DNA of 64,000 nucleotides from Nemertoderma westbladi (Eukaryota; Animalia; Xenacoelomorpha), in contig JAUCBJ010000423.1 in the NCBI GenBank assembly GCA_032718475.1, positions 7,123-71,122 of the forward strand, in the 5' to 3' direction. A program made the position numbers and the translations under genes. Shown here one piece after another: positions 1-12,470 of this stretch (within the stretch, counting starts at the first letter, position 1; every line of letters begins with the position of its first letter). The notes under the pieces are model-generated. The model ran no database searches. It was not told the DNA's origin and was given only the letters and a program-made list of their open reading frames with translations.

Positions 1-1187
1 AGGACCAAGGGTGTCCTTATCCCAGAACGAAGGGGGTCCTAGTTACAGGACCAGATTTGCCCTAGTAAGAGGGTCTATGCAGCTACAGGTGGCACCTCCT
101 TTATGCTGCATGGAGGTGGCAAGTTTTCTTGATCAATGACCTAGAATACCTGACCTGACCTATGCTTTTTTTTATCTTCAGTATGCAAGGGGTTAATATT
201 AATAGTACCGTAGTAGATAACCCTAATACTAACGAAACTTTTCTTGCAGGAAATAATATTTTGGTTAATAATAATATTGATACTGGTACGGCAAGAAATT
301 TAAATAATAATATAGTAAATAATAATGGTGAAGAAAATAATCTAAATAATAATCTAATTATTGTTGCACAAAATAACCAAAATAATTGAAATAATTAGCC
401 GGGTACATTAAGTAATAATATTGCAAATAATCCCGGTGAAATTAATCAAAATAATTAATGACGAGTGGGGGGGGGGGGGGGGGGGGGGGGGGGCAGAAAA
501 CGTCCCACGAGCGTCGGCAGATAATGCACGCGGTGAGTTAAGTGAACCGTGGTACCCGACGACGGAGGAAAGGGGGGGGGGGGGGGGGCAACAGAAGCCC
601 CACGAGTGTCGGACGTTGGTGCTGTAAGCGACCAAACGAGAAAACTTCGAGCCCACTCGGAAGATGGAAGAAGGACAGTAGAGTTCATCCGGGAGGTCGA
701 TACGAGATCTCATGAAGGAGGACATTATGCTGAAATCAGGGAGAGAGCCGGTGGGGTCGTACTCCGGGAGATTGCCGTAGCCCCGGAGAAACACAACCTC
801 GCGAAATGTACCACACTCTGGGAGAGGGGTATAGAGTGTACCAATACGAGGAGGAAAACGGAGGAAGGGATCGGAGGGAAACTTGCTGTCAAAATGTAGC
901 TGCCAATCGAGGATATGGTAGTCACGGGAAGGAGTACTCGGAATATTCGAGAAGATTAAACTTCGATCCGGAAGGACACAGGCAGACTGCAGGACACACT
1001 GTAGGCCTTACTGCACATACTATAGACCATACAGGGAAAGATAGTGTAGGCGATAGGGTAGCGTGAATGCTGGGATTGGACCCGGAGGTCGCGGCATACA
1101 TACCTGTTAGTAGTCAGGAACATGACAAGCCTATACCGGTACCTGCACACCAGTATGACTATAACATGCAGGGATACAATACCCAGG

Positions 1188-4100
1188 CATGGCCTACTAT
1201 ACGGCCTAACAGGCCACCTTGAGAAGCCTTAAAATTTAAGGCCATTGTAATTTCTACATTCTACATGGATTATTGCACGGAAAATCCTTTTTAACAACTG
1301 TTTTCGAACTTAAATTTTGTGACGAATCTAGAAGTGATACCTATTTCTAAAAAGATTGGATATTTTTCGAGCTACTGCACTTCAAGATATTTTATTAAAG
1401 TTTTTGTAAAATATTTACCTATTTAACTAAATTTGTAATTATGAATATCTTTTGAATTTTACTATTTCTAAAACATTAAATTTACAGATACATCCCATTT
1501 ATGTAAAAAATATCTATTAAAAAAACTAAAAACTCTGAAATAACTATTAAACTAACTAAATTGATGTACAGCACAAAAAATCAATTAAAATTAAATTGAG
1601 CACAATAAATCAGATTAAATAATTATCAATTAAAATTATATAAAAATCAATTAAAATTAATTACTTCGATTATTAGATTAGTATTATTTGGAACGCTGTC
1701 GCTTTTTGAATGCCATAACGCTATCAATCCTCCGTCCTTCAGTAATTTCCTTCCGCGCATTATTAAAGAATATGTTTACTATGGTACGATGAAGCATAGT
1801 GGCCTTCATCAGGTGCCTGTCGCAGAAAGTTATTGACGTTGAAATGCCATACGCGTCCAAGAAATGCATCGCCGCCAAGCGAACTGGAATGCCAGACTTC
1901 AAAAGGAATCCCTCAGCGAAGTCTAACCTCGCAAAGCAATCTGCGACTAACTCTGTAAATGTAGCATTTGGTATGGTTAGCCCACCCCGATTGAGTATAT
2001 CCATATAATCATCTGCCGATGTTGTCCCCACAGGTTCGTTCATATCAACTGGGTCTTCTAGAACGAATGAAGGGCAATGTTCACATAAGCCCTTTGATGA
2101 CTTCTTCAGCTTTCTTGCTAAAAAGCCAGATATGTGTTTTACCACTTCTGTACTATCTGGTGACAATTCAGAAGAAATAATCCCATCATTGTTCTCCATC
2201 ATATTCGTGTCTAGTGTCGTCATATCAAGAGATTGAAGTTGCAATGAGGGCTCTTCCCATGGATACACATCTGCTTCAAGTAGATTTAATAGAACTAAAA
2301 TGCGTTCTGCATTCCTAACCTCTCTCAAACTCACAAGGAATCTTCCACCACTCATCTGTCGATATTGGCTATACCGCAACTCCAGCGGGTCTGAATTAAA
2401 TCTCGAAGTTAAGACATAATCATAACCATCGGCTAAAAGGTCATCGCAAAGGTCAGCCACTGAACGACATGTCTGTATCAAAGCAGCAGATGTATGTGGT
2501 GTTAAACTCTTTCCTCGCCACAACCGCGTATCAGTACCCACTGTCTTAAACCACTTCTCAACCCAATCAGCTACATCACGGAGAAAGGTAGGTTTATTGT
2601 TGCCAGCCACTACAGCATTACCCAGATAATTAGACTGGTGGAATCGTTGCTTGGAATTATTTATGACCCACCAGTCATTAATGAGTCTAAGAAACTGAGC
2701 TGTGGGATATCGATTCGGAAAATATCTCTCCAATGCCGCGCTGGTTGATTCATTGAATATTGCTAGGGCAATAGGAACGGATTGTTTGTTGTTGCCAGGA
2801 TGCACAGCTTGGTATGTGAGCTGTTTGGCCATGCGTAAATGAGCATCCAATTGGAAATCTCGGTCATAAAGATCTAGAAGATCTTTCCAATGGCAGCTAC
2901 CTTCAGTAACACAAATTGTATCTTTGAAGGCAGTAAATATGAATTCAGGAAAGCTAAAATGTTTTCCATTTGCAAGGCTATTGCGGATGTTCTTTATAAT
3001 ATGTACAGGATCGTATAGTAAACAGATCTTCATTCCATTGTAATAAATAATGCGATTCTTCTCATCATTGTCATTTGATCCAGCACGGCCAAAGCGAGTA
3101 TACAACTTAGAATAAGTAGATGTATTAATGGGTGAATCATCACAACCAATAGCACGAATGTGCAATTTAGCATCACATACATCTTTCATTACCGACACAA
3201 ATTCATCCACTAGCCAAACTGATGTTGCTGATATGACTGGCACAGCACGAACCACATAGGATTTTCCGTGTTTGGCACCCACTATCATGAAACATACAAT
3301 TGCTTTGAACATGTTACCATCATCATCTACGCCAACAAATTCGCCCTGACTATAAGATGCCTCCATCTGTAACTTCATCTCATCACATACCAATGTGACA
3401 TCGGCATCAAACAAACCATCCTCCACCATTCGGTGCAATGCTTTCATACTGTCAACGCCTCCCTTTTGCAGTTTATTTAGAAGTGTAAGGGATGGTAACT
3501 GAATTTCCCTTTTAAGCAGAGTATACGCCTGATAGGAAGTGTAACATAACTTTAATGCGAATTGTATAACGGTATGAGAATAAGGAGGGCGAGCATACTT
3601 TGAGTAATATTGGTGATGGAAAACCTCATCGAAAACTGCTGAGTATTTATACTGAGAAATATTTCTTAAATAAACAGCAAAGTTTCAATCTGGGTTGCAT
3701 TTGTAATCTTACAGATAGATGTTTTACTAAACCAAATGGGTAAAGGAACTGGATGCTGGGTAAGTTCTAATTTAACGTGTAAATCTGAAGTAATCTTTAT
3801 AGCTCCATGTAAACTTGGCATACCACTACCTCCACAGAAATCCAGTTCATACATCAATACTCGATCTGCAGTTTTGTCAAAATGGTAACCAGTTGGACAA
3901 AAATCCTCAGTGATATCAGACAAACATGAGACGGCATATCGATTGCTAAATTCAGCAAGTTGATTCTGCTGAAATGGGCGATCAATAGGCTCTCGCCGAG
4001 GCCGCTTGACTGAAGGCACCATGGATGGCGGTGTATCAGTAACAGCAGGAATGGTTGGAATAGGCGACAATGACCAATCGAGTAGCATCTTTCCCGTAGC

Positions 4101-5075
4101 TGTAGTCTTGAGATATTGCTTCTCGAAATGATCGATACAAACACGGGAATTAGGTGTTGCTTCAAAGTCTTTCCTATTTACAAAAGCCGTCCATCTTTTA
4201 CGTAGGTCCCGCCCCAAAGGAAACTGGAAGCTCGCTTTTTTTTCCACACCAACATAACCAGTCTTGCATCCAAACACAGAACATTTATTAACCATACTTT
4301 ACTTGATTATTTTATATAAGTTAACTATCACTACCGGTATATACACTGGTATATAAGCAAAGCATTTAGAGTACTGGTAGGTACCGGTACCGGTGCGGTA
4401 GGCCTATGTTTTTAATTTCAAAAGGTGTTTTTAATGAGTACCCTAATGCAATCAAAGGTACCAGTACATGCTGACTGCCATGCCATGTGCCATGACAGCA
4501 TGATTGATTTTGCAGTTGGCCTACCTACAGTAAGTTGTAAGTAAGTACTGCATCAGGCAGACTGGCAGACAGATAATTTTCTAAATCTAAAATTTGAATG
4601 GGCAAGTTTGTTCCGAGTCTAGCCGTAACATAATTATCCTGTCAGCCTGAATGCAGGTATGCGCGCCAGACAAGACATCTAAATGCGCGCCACACACACC
4701 TTCGGATGCGCTCCACATGTTGAGCAAACTCTTCCTAACTTCCAACCTGGGCCTTACATAAACGTAATGCTGAAATCAGAAATGGCCTAACCCGAACACC
4801 TAAACCACATAAGGTAAACAGTACCGGTAGCTAAACGTTAAACAAGCAGTGGTACAGTACGGGTAGGTAGAGCTTATAGAGATATACCAGTCTGCCAGTA
4901 CAGCTGTACAGCATATGGCAGTACGGCTGTATGGTACCTACATCGGTTCGGTGGCTGTGGCTGTCAGCTTGTAGTAAGCTGTGACTGGAATCAGGTCTGC
5001 AGGTAATGAATGAATGGCCTTAAATTTCTAGGCCTCTTAAGGTGGCCTGTTAGGCCGTATATATAGTAGGCCATG
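1188..5075 (-). mobile_element. P-element superfamily DNA transposon (THAP9/Galileo-like), 3888 bp
   Basis: ~60-bp imperfect TIRs starting CATGGCCTACTAT (1188-1246 and 5013-5075); 7-bp target site duplication ACCCAGG at 1181-1187 and 5076-5082; THAP plus P transposase inside. Confidence 0.95.
1684..4295 (-). CDS. P-element transposase (THAP domain + catalytic core), split by one frameshift near 3682
   Basis: 3666-4295 encodes a THAP finger (MVNKCSVFGC...FQFP...RWTAFV...RVCIDHF...PIPTI). The second frame is open from ~3680 to 1684 with AYTLLKREIQLPS, LVCDEM, GCDD, YDPVHIIKNIRN, KQSV, RFNSDPLELRYSQYRQMSGG, RGGL. Confidence 0.92.
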
Positions 5076-5302
5076 ACCCAGGGGAGGGGGGCGGGGTTAT
5101 TGCAGTTAGGTGTATATGGTCCCCAATATAATGACATCAACCCCAGTACCAAACATAACATTGGTGGGGGAGGGGTGGCAGGAGGGTGACATTCCCCCAT
5201 TACAGTATTGGGAATATACATAACCAAAAACAAAAACCCTGACCCCCCTCAGATCCAAACAAAGAATGTGACACAGAGATATGGAGGGGACCGTTACGCC
5301 CG

Positions 5303-5905
5303 ATGATATCTCCCACTCAGGGAAAGTCGACAAACCCGAGAGGCGAAGCACACCCAACATTAAAGGAGCCTGCATCCCTACCGTCAAGCGCGTTGGAAGT
5401 TCAAGCAATGGGAATGGCAACACTCATCGACACGCTGAAAAATAGAATTGAGCTACCACCCGTGGATCCTTTCAAGTTTGATGGTAGCAAGCTGGAAGAA
5501 TATCTACAGTTTTGGAGAATGTACAGCAATGAGATTTTGACAAAAAATCTCGCACAGACGGAGTGCCTTAAATACCTACAAGTCTATACAGGGGGGCCAG
5601 CTTACGACATCGTGAGGCAATACCAAATTATTGAAGGAGGATTCACGACTGCATGGAGAGCCCTGGACAGAGAATTTGGCCACCCTGCGAAGATTATCCG
5701 ACAAACCTTAAGGGGAATAACATCAGGCGGACTCGCAGATAACCCCGTTAGCATCAAGACTTTCGCTAAAAAAGTTGAGAAAGCGCTAATAGTATTAAAG
5801 ACTCTAGATGCACCTTACGAACTCAATGCATCGAACAACATCACCATGATAGCGCAGGCACTACCGATTTGGCTGAGAAACAAATGGAGAAAGATCGCTT
5901 TCTAG
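5303..5905 (+). CDS. gag: BEL/Pao Gag capsid-like core (DUF1759-like), C-terminally truncated
   Basis: LPPVDPFKFDGSKLEEYLQFWRMY...CLKYLQVYTGGPA...AWRALDREFG...LPIWLRNKW matches the BEL gag pattern also seen in BEL-B gag. No zinc knuckles follow. Confidence 0.8.
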   Translation: MISPTQGKSTNPRGEAHPTLKEPASLPSSALEVQAMGMATLIDTLKNRIELPPVDPFKFDGSKLEEYLQFWRMYSNEILTKNLAQTECLKYLQVYTGGPAYDIVRQYQIIEGGFTTAWRALDREFGHPAKIIRQTLRGITSGGLADNPVSIKTFAKKVEKALIVLKTLDAPYELNASNNITMIAQALPIWLRNKWRKIAF

Positions 5906-6591
5906 ATTCCGTAGGGAGGGGCGGATACATGTTCCTAGACGACAAAGGGACTGTGGAGGATGACGAGGGCTCGAGAAGGGGGTCGGGAGGATTGGTTAGA
6001 ATTTTATTGCTGCACTTAGCAGCGCCGAATGGAGATATCTTTCTATTCGACCTAGGGACCTACGGAAAGAAGGGCGGGCCGAAGATAAACCGGTTGCCAA
6101 AGGCGGTACAGGAGCTAGTAAGACAGAAGACTAAGGTCAAGGTGGGATCGGCAATACGCGAGGATGCGGACAGAATTATTGGACCGGGCACCCCCAATCT
6201 TCTGGACATGCAGGTAGTCTACATGGCTATGACAAAACCAGAGGGATGGGGATTGGTGGACAACACGGGATATAGCGGAGTCGTGGCGATGCACCAACTG
6301 ATGGGACTCGTTTGCCACAAGCCGATGTACTGGAACAAGTTCCGGGAGGAATACAGAGCGGAACTTGCAAACTCGCTCAAGTGGGGAGCGAGACCAGGGA
6401 AGGAGGAACTATATCACTTCCGGAAAGGAGCAATAAAGATATATCAGAAGAGATATATCCTACAAGAGGATTGGATAATGATAGGTTTACTAAACCTATT
6501 CATTGTGGTAGCTATCGGGAGGGAGCCGACAGCGTTTCTACTATCGGGATCACCTCTGAATCACAGGAGAGCCTTTAAGGTGGCCCTATAA
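5869..6591 (+). CDS. DEDDy 3'-5' exonuclease domain (WRN/EXD/RNase D-like) accessory ORF; probably continued through a stop and frameshift to 7352
   Basis: YMFLDDKG (ExoI-like, D-x-K instead of D-x-E), LLLHLAAPNGDIFLFDL, LPKAVQELVRQKTKVKVGSAIREDADRI (ExoII-like), NLLDMQVVY, YQKRYILQED (ExoIII-like). Confidence 0.7.
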   Translation: MAEKQMEKDRFLDSVGRGGYMFLDDKGTVEDDEGSRRGSGGLVRILLLHLAAPNGDIFLFDLGTYGKKGGPKINRLPKAVQELVRQKTKVKVGSAIREDADRIIGPGTPNLLDMQVVYMAMTKPEGWGLVDNTGYSGVVAMHQLMGLVCHKPMYWNKFREEYRAELANSLKWGARPGKEELYHFRKGAIKIYQKRYILQEDWIMIGLLNLFIVVAIGREPTAFLLSGSPLNHRRAFKVAL

Positions 6592-8098
6592 GGTCTTCTA
6601 GACCACCCGGAGCTGAAGGGCGATTCGGTATATTACGATACCCGACACCTAGTGGACCGAGCGGTAGATACACAGTACAGGCGATGGAAGAAACAGGAGG
6701 CAGATAGGGTTGAGGAGAGGATACTAGAGGAGGTCGCCAGGAGAGAGATAAGGGAGGCAGCGGCCAGAGAGGCAGATATAAGGGGAGATGAGTATGAGTT
6801 TGAAGCTAGGATTTGGATGAGCTGAGGTGTGGATCAGAGACCTCGGACGAGTTTTGGCTGGGGGACGAACTGAGTTGGATGGAGGAGACACTGATACAGT
6901 CTACATTGGGGTTACAAAGAATGCCCATGCCAGCAGGCTCTAGGGGCGACATCGGAAGGAAGAGACCGAGGGAAGTAGAAGGGTTGAAGGCTATGGGCGG
7001 ATACCAGGGCGGAAAGGGACACAGTGGATTAACTGGGCTACTGGATTTGGATCCGCTCCCAGCAGGGGGAGAGGAAGTGGACGAGTTCGGGGCGATGCCA
7101 CCGATAGAGAGGATTGCGCCCCCCGGCAGGGGAAGAGGAGGAGGACGAGTTCAGGGTGATGCGATGAAGATGATCTTGTGGGACACTACCAGAGGGAGAC
7201 AGGAGGGACACTCAATGGGACCACCTGCGAAGCGATACCGGGAGTTAATAACACCCGCGCCCAAAGAACCAACAACGGGGCTTGGTAAGACGGAATCAGT
7301 GAGGATGAGTAGCCTCAAGGGTAAACAGGAAGGGAGGAAGCGGCCCAGATAGGATGACGATAGGGGCAAGGAACTTAGATGGTTCCCGGAGGGTGCGGGA
7401 GGAGCAATGTAGAACTCTAACGTCAACGTGCCTGGAAGACACCACATGGACACACCAGTACAAACTCCTAAGTGCAATTTAACTAAGTGCAATTAGTATG
7501 TACATAGGTTAATAATCAATATATACATATATTAATCCAATATATAATCAGTATATACCTATCATAGTCGAATATAACCTTTTCCAATTAGCTACTGGGA
7601 CTGGGGACTAATTTACTGAAACAGGAGGATGGGACAATGACGGATCTCACTGACATGCTGTACACATGTGTGGGATCCGATAAAAGTGTGAAGATAGTGA
7701 CAGCAAAAATGGGTTGAGTATAGGAGGAGTATAGGGAGGAGGTGTTAGGGTATGAGGAAGTAAAAATGTGCGAGACTCAAGTGTGGGGAGCGAGCATAGA
7801 GGGGGATGAGTCCCAAGGGACTGGCGAGAGCGGAAGGGACAACAAAGTCCGAGAGGTAAAATTGGGAGAGGAGTGAGGGCAATCGTCTAAAAAAGAGATG
7901 CCAGATGCCTTGGTACAGCTTAGCTCGCAGATGTACCAAGGATGGGTAGTGATAACAGACCCATGGGGGCCGGCCTGGAAAGCTGACCCCGAGAAGAAAA
8001 TTCCACCCCACAACCAATATTAGATTGGATTCCAGCGGAATTGAAGCGCACTTAAGGTTGATGCTATCTTCTCACCGGGAAGATAGCATGGGGGGGAG

Positions 8099-8726
8099 TG
8101 TAAGCGGATTCAATTCCCTGCACTACCCACCCAAAATGGGACTTGTGGCATTTTACCAATATAGTTGGCGAGGTGACATTACCAATAATAAAGTCACCTC
8201 ACAACCAACTTAGGCAATACACGCTGCAAGCCACAGGGAGAGTTGAGAGGTCAAACCATCTCAGAGGGACAAACAGGCTAGCAAGGCTAGCACGTGGGAA
8301 TAGTGGCAACAGGGAGTGGCGAGGTGACAATTAATCAGGTTAAGCCAATGGTGGGTGGGAGAGCACATTGGGAGTGATTAGAGCGCATCTATTGGACAGG
8401 ACAGGCCACTCAGTAGTGTAGAGCTGATTTAGTATGTGTTAATAATAATATAACCATTACAGTTATTGATTCTGATTCAGTTGGTTTCCATACAGTTGTG
8501 AGACCGGAACAGTTTTTAACCGTCGTCACTACCGTGCTATTATATTCTGACTGTGCTATTATTACATTGTGTGATTATAAAGACTGACAGTAAAACTCCG
8601 TTATTTCAACGGCCTTCGGCCTACTATATATCCAGACTACAGCTTTAGCAGCCAACGGACGTGGCGATGCGTATAACACACACCGGTCGGGATTCTTTAC
8701 TGCCAACTCCGTTGGATCCCGTCACA
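8099..8726 (+). repeat. 3' LTR of BEL-A
   Basis: Starts TGTAAGCGGATT after the PPT and ends GATCCCGTCACA; a related LTR with similar ends lies at 10371-11638. Confidence 0.7.
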
Positions 8727-8880
8727 AAACAACTACATTTTTGGGCCTATTGATCGACCATTAAATCACTTGGCAACAACACTGAGCTTATGTATGCAAA
8801 AAAAATTCAAAATCTGCCGCCTTATTTTTCAAACTACGATATATTTCTTACCCTAAAAATGTTAAATAATAATTAAATAA
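8727..8880 (+). pseudogene. CR1/L2-type LINE RT C-terminal fragment
   Basis: Decayed FLGLLID..W..H....CKKISKSAALFFKLRY, similar to the LINE segment at 62850-62980. Confidence 0.55.
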
Positions 8881-9280
8881 AATACACACACCGGTAGGGA
8901 TCCATACTGCCAACTCCAGGATCCTGTCACATTCCCGCTATTTTAGATAATACCATTATTTCTATGTTCAACAATAACTTTGTCAAACATAAATGAAATT
9001 CAACGAAATTTTTCATGCTTTCTAAACATATAATTATTAAAACAACTTTCTAGCAATTTTATTCATAACTGTACCGTGAGAGGCTTTTTTATGAAAAGGG
9101 CCCCGTACAATTGTAAAATGTAGTACTGCACGAAGGCTTTTCAAATACTGTATTAGACTAGCTCTTACGTTTTGTGTAATAACTTGAGTTTGAGAAAAGA
9201 TATGAGGCTTGCAGATTTGAAAAATCCATTAAATTCGGCACAACATAAAATGAAAAATCGTTTTTGTCAATTTCCAAAAT

Positions 9281-9537
9281 AGGTGCCGAGTGGATACAGC
9301 GCCTGACTGCTTTCAGTCAGGTGGCACAGGTTCTAATCCGACTAAAGGCTCTTGAAATTTCGCAGTGTTGTGTCCTTAGGCAAGACAATTTAGACATTAG
9401 TGCTTACGCCAATCCAGCGGTATAATGGGAACCTCGCTTTGCTGGGGGAAAAAATAATACAGACACCCTGATAAGACTGTAATAGATAGCGCCTACAAAA
9501 ACAAATATTAATGTATAATTTATTTATTTATTTATTA
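9281..9537 (+). mobile_element. tRNA-derived SINE with conserved central domain (CORE/Nin-Deu-like)
   Basis: A-box-like GCCGAGTGG, B-box-like GGTTCTAATCC, TGTGTCCTTAGGCAAGACA, CCAGCGGTATAATGGGAACC, and an L2-like tail AGCGCCTACAAAAA...(TTTA)n. Lies just 3' of the SLCO stop, antisense. Confidence 0.75.
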
Positions 9538-9614
9538 TCCAAATAATAATTTACAGGAATGTAAGAATACTGAATATAGTTTATATATTTACGTGTTGTT
9601 TGTTCTTTTTGTCA

Positions 9615-10238
9615 TCACAACACTTCGCGGGTCTCTCTTTCAGTAGGGCCCATGCGGTCTGATGTTGGGGAGGTTTTATTGACGGGACTTGGTGCCTTAT
9701 ATAATGCGTTGGCCGCCAATAGAGCGCAGGTTGCCCCAGTAGTACATAGCAACGCGGTGACCATAAGGTATGTAGCAAGCCAGAAATTATCGTATAATAA
9801 ACACGAAGAATCATCAGTGCATTTTTTTTGCCAGAGAATGCAAGCGCTGTCAATGAGACCTCCCAACGCAATAGGCCCTGGAATTTGTCCGAATATTTTA
9901 CAAGACATGTTGTGGAATCCTATAGCTAGACTTCGGTGTTTATGAGGGACACATCGCATTATACATTCTAAAGCAGGAATAGAGTATAGGAATAGTAAAA
10001 AAAAGAAAAGGAAACCAAAACAGTAGAATATATAGGACATTCCACAATCAGACTGACACATTCCGTCTGTTAGTGTTTCTGTCGGTGGCGACGGCGTTAC
10101 ACAGCGGCAGGTTGTGCTGTCTTGGTTGCAGCCGGCGAAGCATGGGTTGTAGAATGTTAGGTTGTTAGATCCGCACACTGGGTTGTAGTTAAGTAGAGAA
10201 CAGCCGCATCCTTGGTTACAGTTACTGGAGAACAGATC
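9615..10238 (-). CDS. SLCO4-like: SLCO/OATP transporter, last coding exon (Kazal-like loop, C-terminal TMs, stop)
   Basis: Acceptor ttcag|GAT, phase 0 (alternative AG 6 nt upstream); CNQGCGC..YNPVCGSNNLTFYNPCFAGC, GQIPGPIALGGLIDSACILW, CLLYDN. Confidence 0.92.
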   Translation of the reverse strand, partial: DLFSSNCNQGCGCSLLNYNPVCGSNNLTFYNPCFAGCNQDSTTCRCVTPSPPTETLTDGMCQSDCGMSYIFYCFGFLFFFLLFLYSIPALECIMRCVPHKHRSLAIGFHNMSCKIFGQIPGPIALGGLIDSACILWQKKCTDDSSCLLYDNFWLATYLMVTALLCTTGATCALLAANALYKAPSPVNKTSPTSDRMGPTERETREVL

Positions 10239-10370
10239 CTGAATCTTAAATGAAAATGACAATATATTAATCATTATGGGACAAACTATTACATATTTAT
10301 TGTTGTTTTATACCCTGATAAATAGGTGAAAAATATATTTACGCAAAGATATATAAATGAATATCGTTTT

Positions 10371-11638
10371 TGTTAACGGATCCAATTTTCTGCACCACCC
10401 AGTGGAAAATGGGGAAAGGGGCTGACAGTACCATGCCAGATGAGGAGAACAGGCCAAGGAGTTCAGGAAGAGGACGTCAGGATGAGCAATCGCCTACGAC
10501 GCGGATACAATGCAACGAGGAAGATGCTCAAATATGCTAAGCCTGGAGGAAAGGTAGACGAGCCCAAATTGATCCGGAGACTCGGTGAGTGTAACAAACA
10601 TTTTCACTACCTAGTCTGATTCGGGCAGGGGGAACTGGCGAGTGAGAGGGCGAGGGGGGTCGCCACAGAACTGTTTGTATTGTGGCGATCTGAAAAAATG
10701 CCATATGGTGTAGTGTACATAGGGCCTTATCTAGTGGATGCGCGGGGGATTAAGTTAGTGGGATTGGCGGGTCTGCACGACGCCGAACCCGAGGTTAACC
10801 CCGAGGATTCGGTGTCATCCGTTAGTAATACCGCTAGCAGGCATGATAAAATCAGTAAAACGAACAGGCGATGGGAGTCCGTCGTAACCGAAAGTCCGTT
10901 ACACCCTCCACGAAAGCAAGAAGGGTGTTAGAGATAGATCTTCTGGTGTGTCAGCTAGACATGGTCGCGTTGGACCAAAGATAATTAGAGAGACAATTAG
11001 ATGAGGGGACTGCGCTGTTAGAGAGGGAGAGGGAATTAGCGAGATAATGTAAAGAGAGGGCCGAAAGGTGGCGAGAAACTATAGACTATTAATCCCAATT
11101 AACCTCGTATCACACAACCAACCACGGGGACAACAAACCCCCAAAGGGCCACACAAAGGGAGGTCAGAGGTTAAACCTCCTGGAGAGGGAAAGTAACAGC
11201 AGCGGGGGGGAAACACTCCCACAGAGGTGGGAGCCGAGAATTAGGTTATTGGCCAATCGGGGGGGTGAAGGAAAGCATCCACTGAGTAAGGGCTATAGTA
11301 ATGTAGGACACAGCTATACTGGTGTGTTATATATATTAACTACCCACGTGCCAGTATATTCAGTTTAGTTAGTCAGTTACTGGTCTCAGTGTAGAAGGAG
11401 GATATTGTTTTACCGTTGTCACTGGTGTGTCATCATTATTCAGTGTATTCAACTTATTCAACCTTGTGCTATTATACAACTCTTACGCTATCACACATTA
11501 ACTCTTATATTATTATACATCACGGCGAAAGGCGATATCCATTTTCGATATCAGCTCATCCTATAACATCCTATACCAGCTTGACGACGCGTACGAACCA
11601 ACTACTCTGGTCGGGATTGATCCGTCGATCCCGTCACA
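10371..11638 (+). repeat. LTR related to the BEL-A LTR (solo or rearranged) in SLCO intron 3
   Basis: Start TGTTAACGGATCCAATTTTCTGCACCACCC resembles 8099 TGTAAGCGGATTCAATTCCCTGCACTACCC; same end GATCCCGTCACA; internal similarity 11100-11200 vs 8190-8280. No TSD found. Confidence 0.6.
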
Positions 11639-12470
11639 AGGAGAGGGAAATGAGTGAGTGTGGGGAACGGGAAGAGAAAGAGATGAGTGAGCGTGAAGAG
11701 CGGGAGTTGAGAGAGGCGAACGAGCGCAAAGTGCGAGACACGAGGGAGGTAGTGAGGGTTGAGAGAGAAGAGAACGAGCGCAAAGAGTGGGACGCGATGG
11801 AGGCAGTGAGGGTTGAAAGGGAAGAGAATGAGCGCAAGAACGAGAAGCAAGGAAAGCCGAGAGGATTGACACTATTAGACACTGTCAGACACTATTAGCC
11901 ATCCAGACCCCATACAGGCAATGTTGCGCAGGAAGGTATGAACTTTGAAGGCAATTATCTCTTAATGGCATACTACTCCTCCGCCATTTCTTAACTGTTT
12001 ATTGCAATTTTGATTTATATGAAAGGTAATTTCATAAGCTTCAATAAATTTCGCACAGATTTTTTGATTTCATAATACTGTACTGTATTTCCCCATTTTT
12101 TTCATGAAAAATTCGAAAAATACATGGGTTTTTTTAAATTTTTTTAAATTTTAGATTTTTTTTTACAAAATTTCCAATTATCAAAAATAGAAAATTAAAA
12201 TAGTTTGATGAAAATAAACATGCTGGTTCCAAAAAATGTGGTATAGAAAAATAAAAATGAAAAATTACGGAGGAGTAGACTATTTAGAGAGATTTTTAAC
12301 ACGCCAAGCGATAGGGGGCACCAAAAAATTTTTTTCACATTTTTATTTACTTTACTTTACTATTCGATGATATGTCATCTTTGGAATTTTCAACCACATT
12401 GGAGATATCAACAAATTAAATTAAAACACCAGGGGGGTTACAGCAGTACATACAGTATAATCATATTTAC

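Larger units (their letters stand above)
1..8726 (+). mobile_element. BEL-A: BEL/Pao LTR retrotransposon, 5' part outside window, internally deleted (no pol), interrupted by a P-element
   Basis: Decayed Asn/Gly-rich ORF pieces at 162-1187; BEL-type gag core at 5303-5905; polypurine tract ATGGGGGGGAG directly before a TG...CA LTR at 8099-8726. No protease, RT or integrase motifs seen between gag and the LTR. Confidence 0.7.

Noticed and set aside
466-590. Poly-Gly/Pro proteins or functional G-quadruplexes from G runs
   Set aside because: Homopolymer runs in decayed gag with unreliable length; no supporting evidence.
11416-11898. 160-aa Glu/Arg-rich protein
   Set aside because: Arises from a GA-rich low-complexity tract spanning an LTR end.
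11960-12436. DNA transposon in SLCO intron 3
   Set aside because: Only a 10-bp inverted match (TACTCCTCCG/CGGAGGAGTA) in AT-rich DNA; termini and TSD could not be defined.
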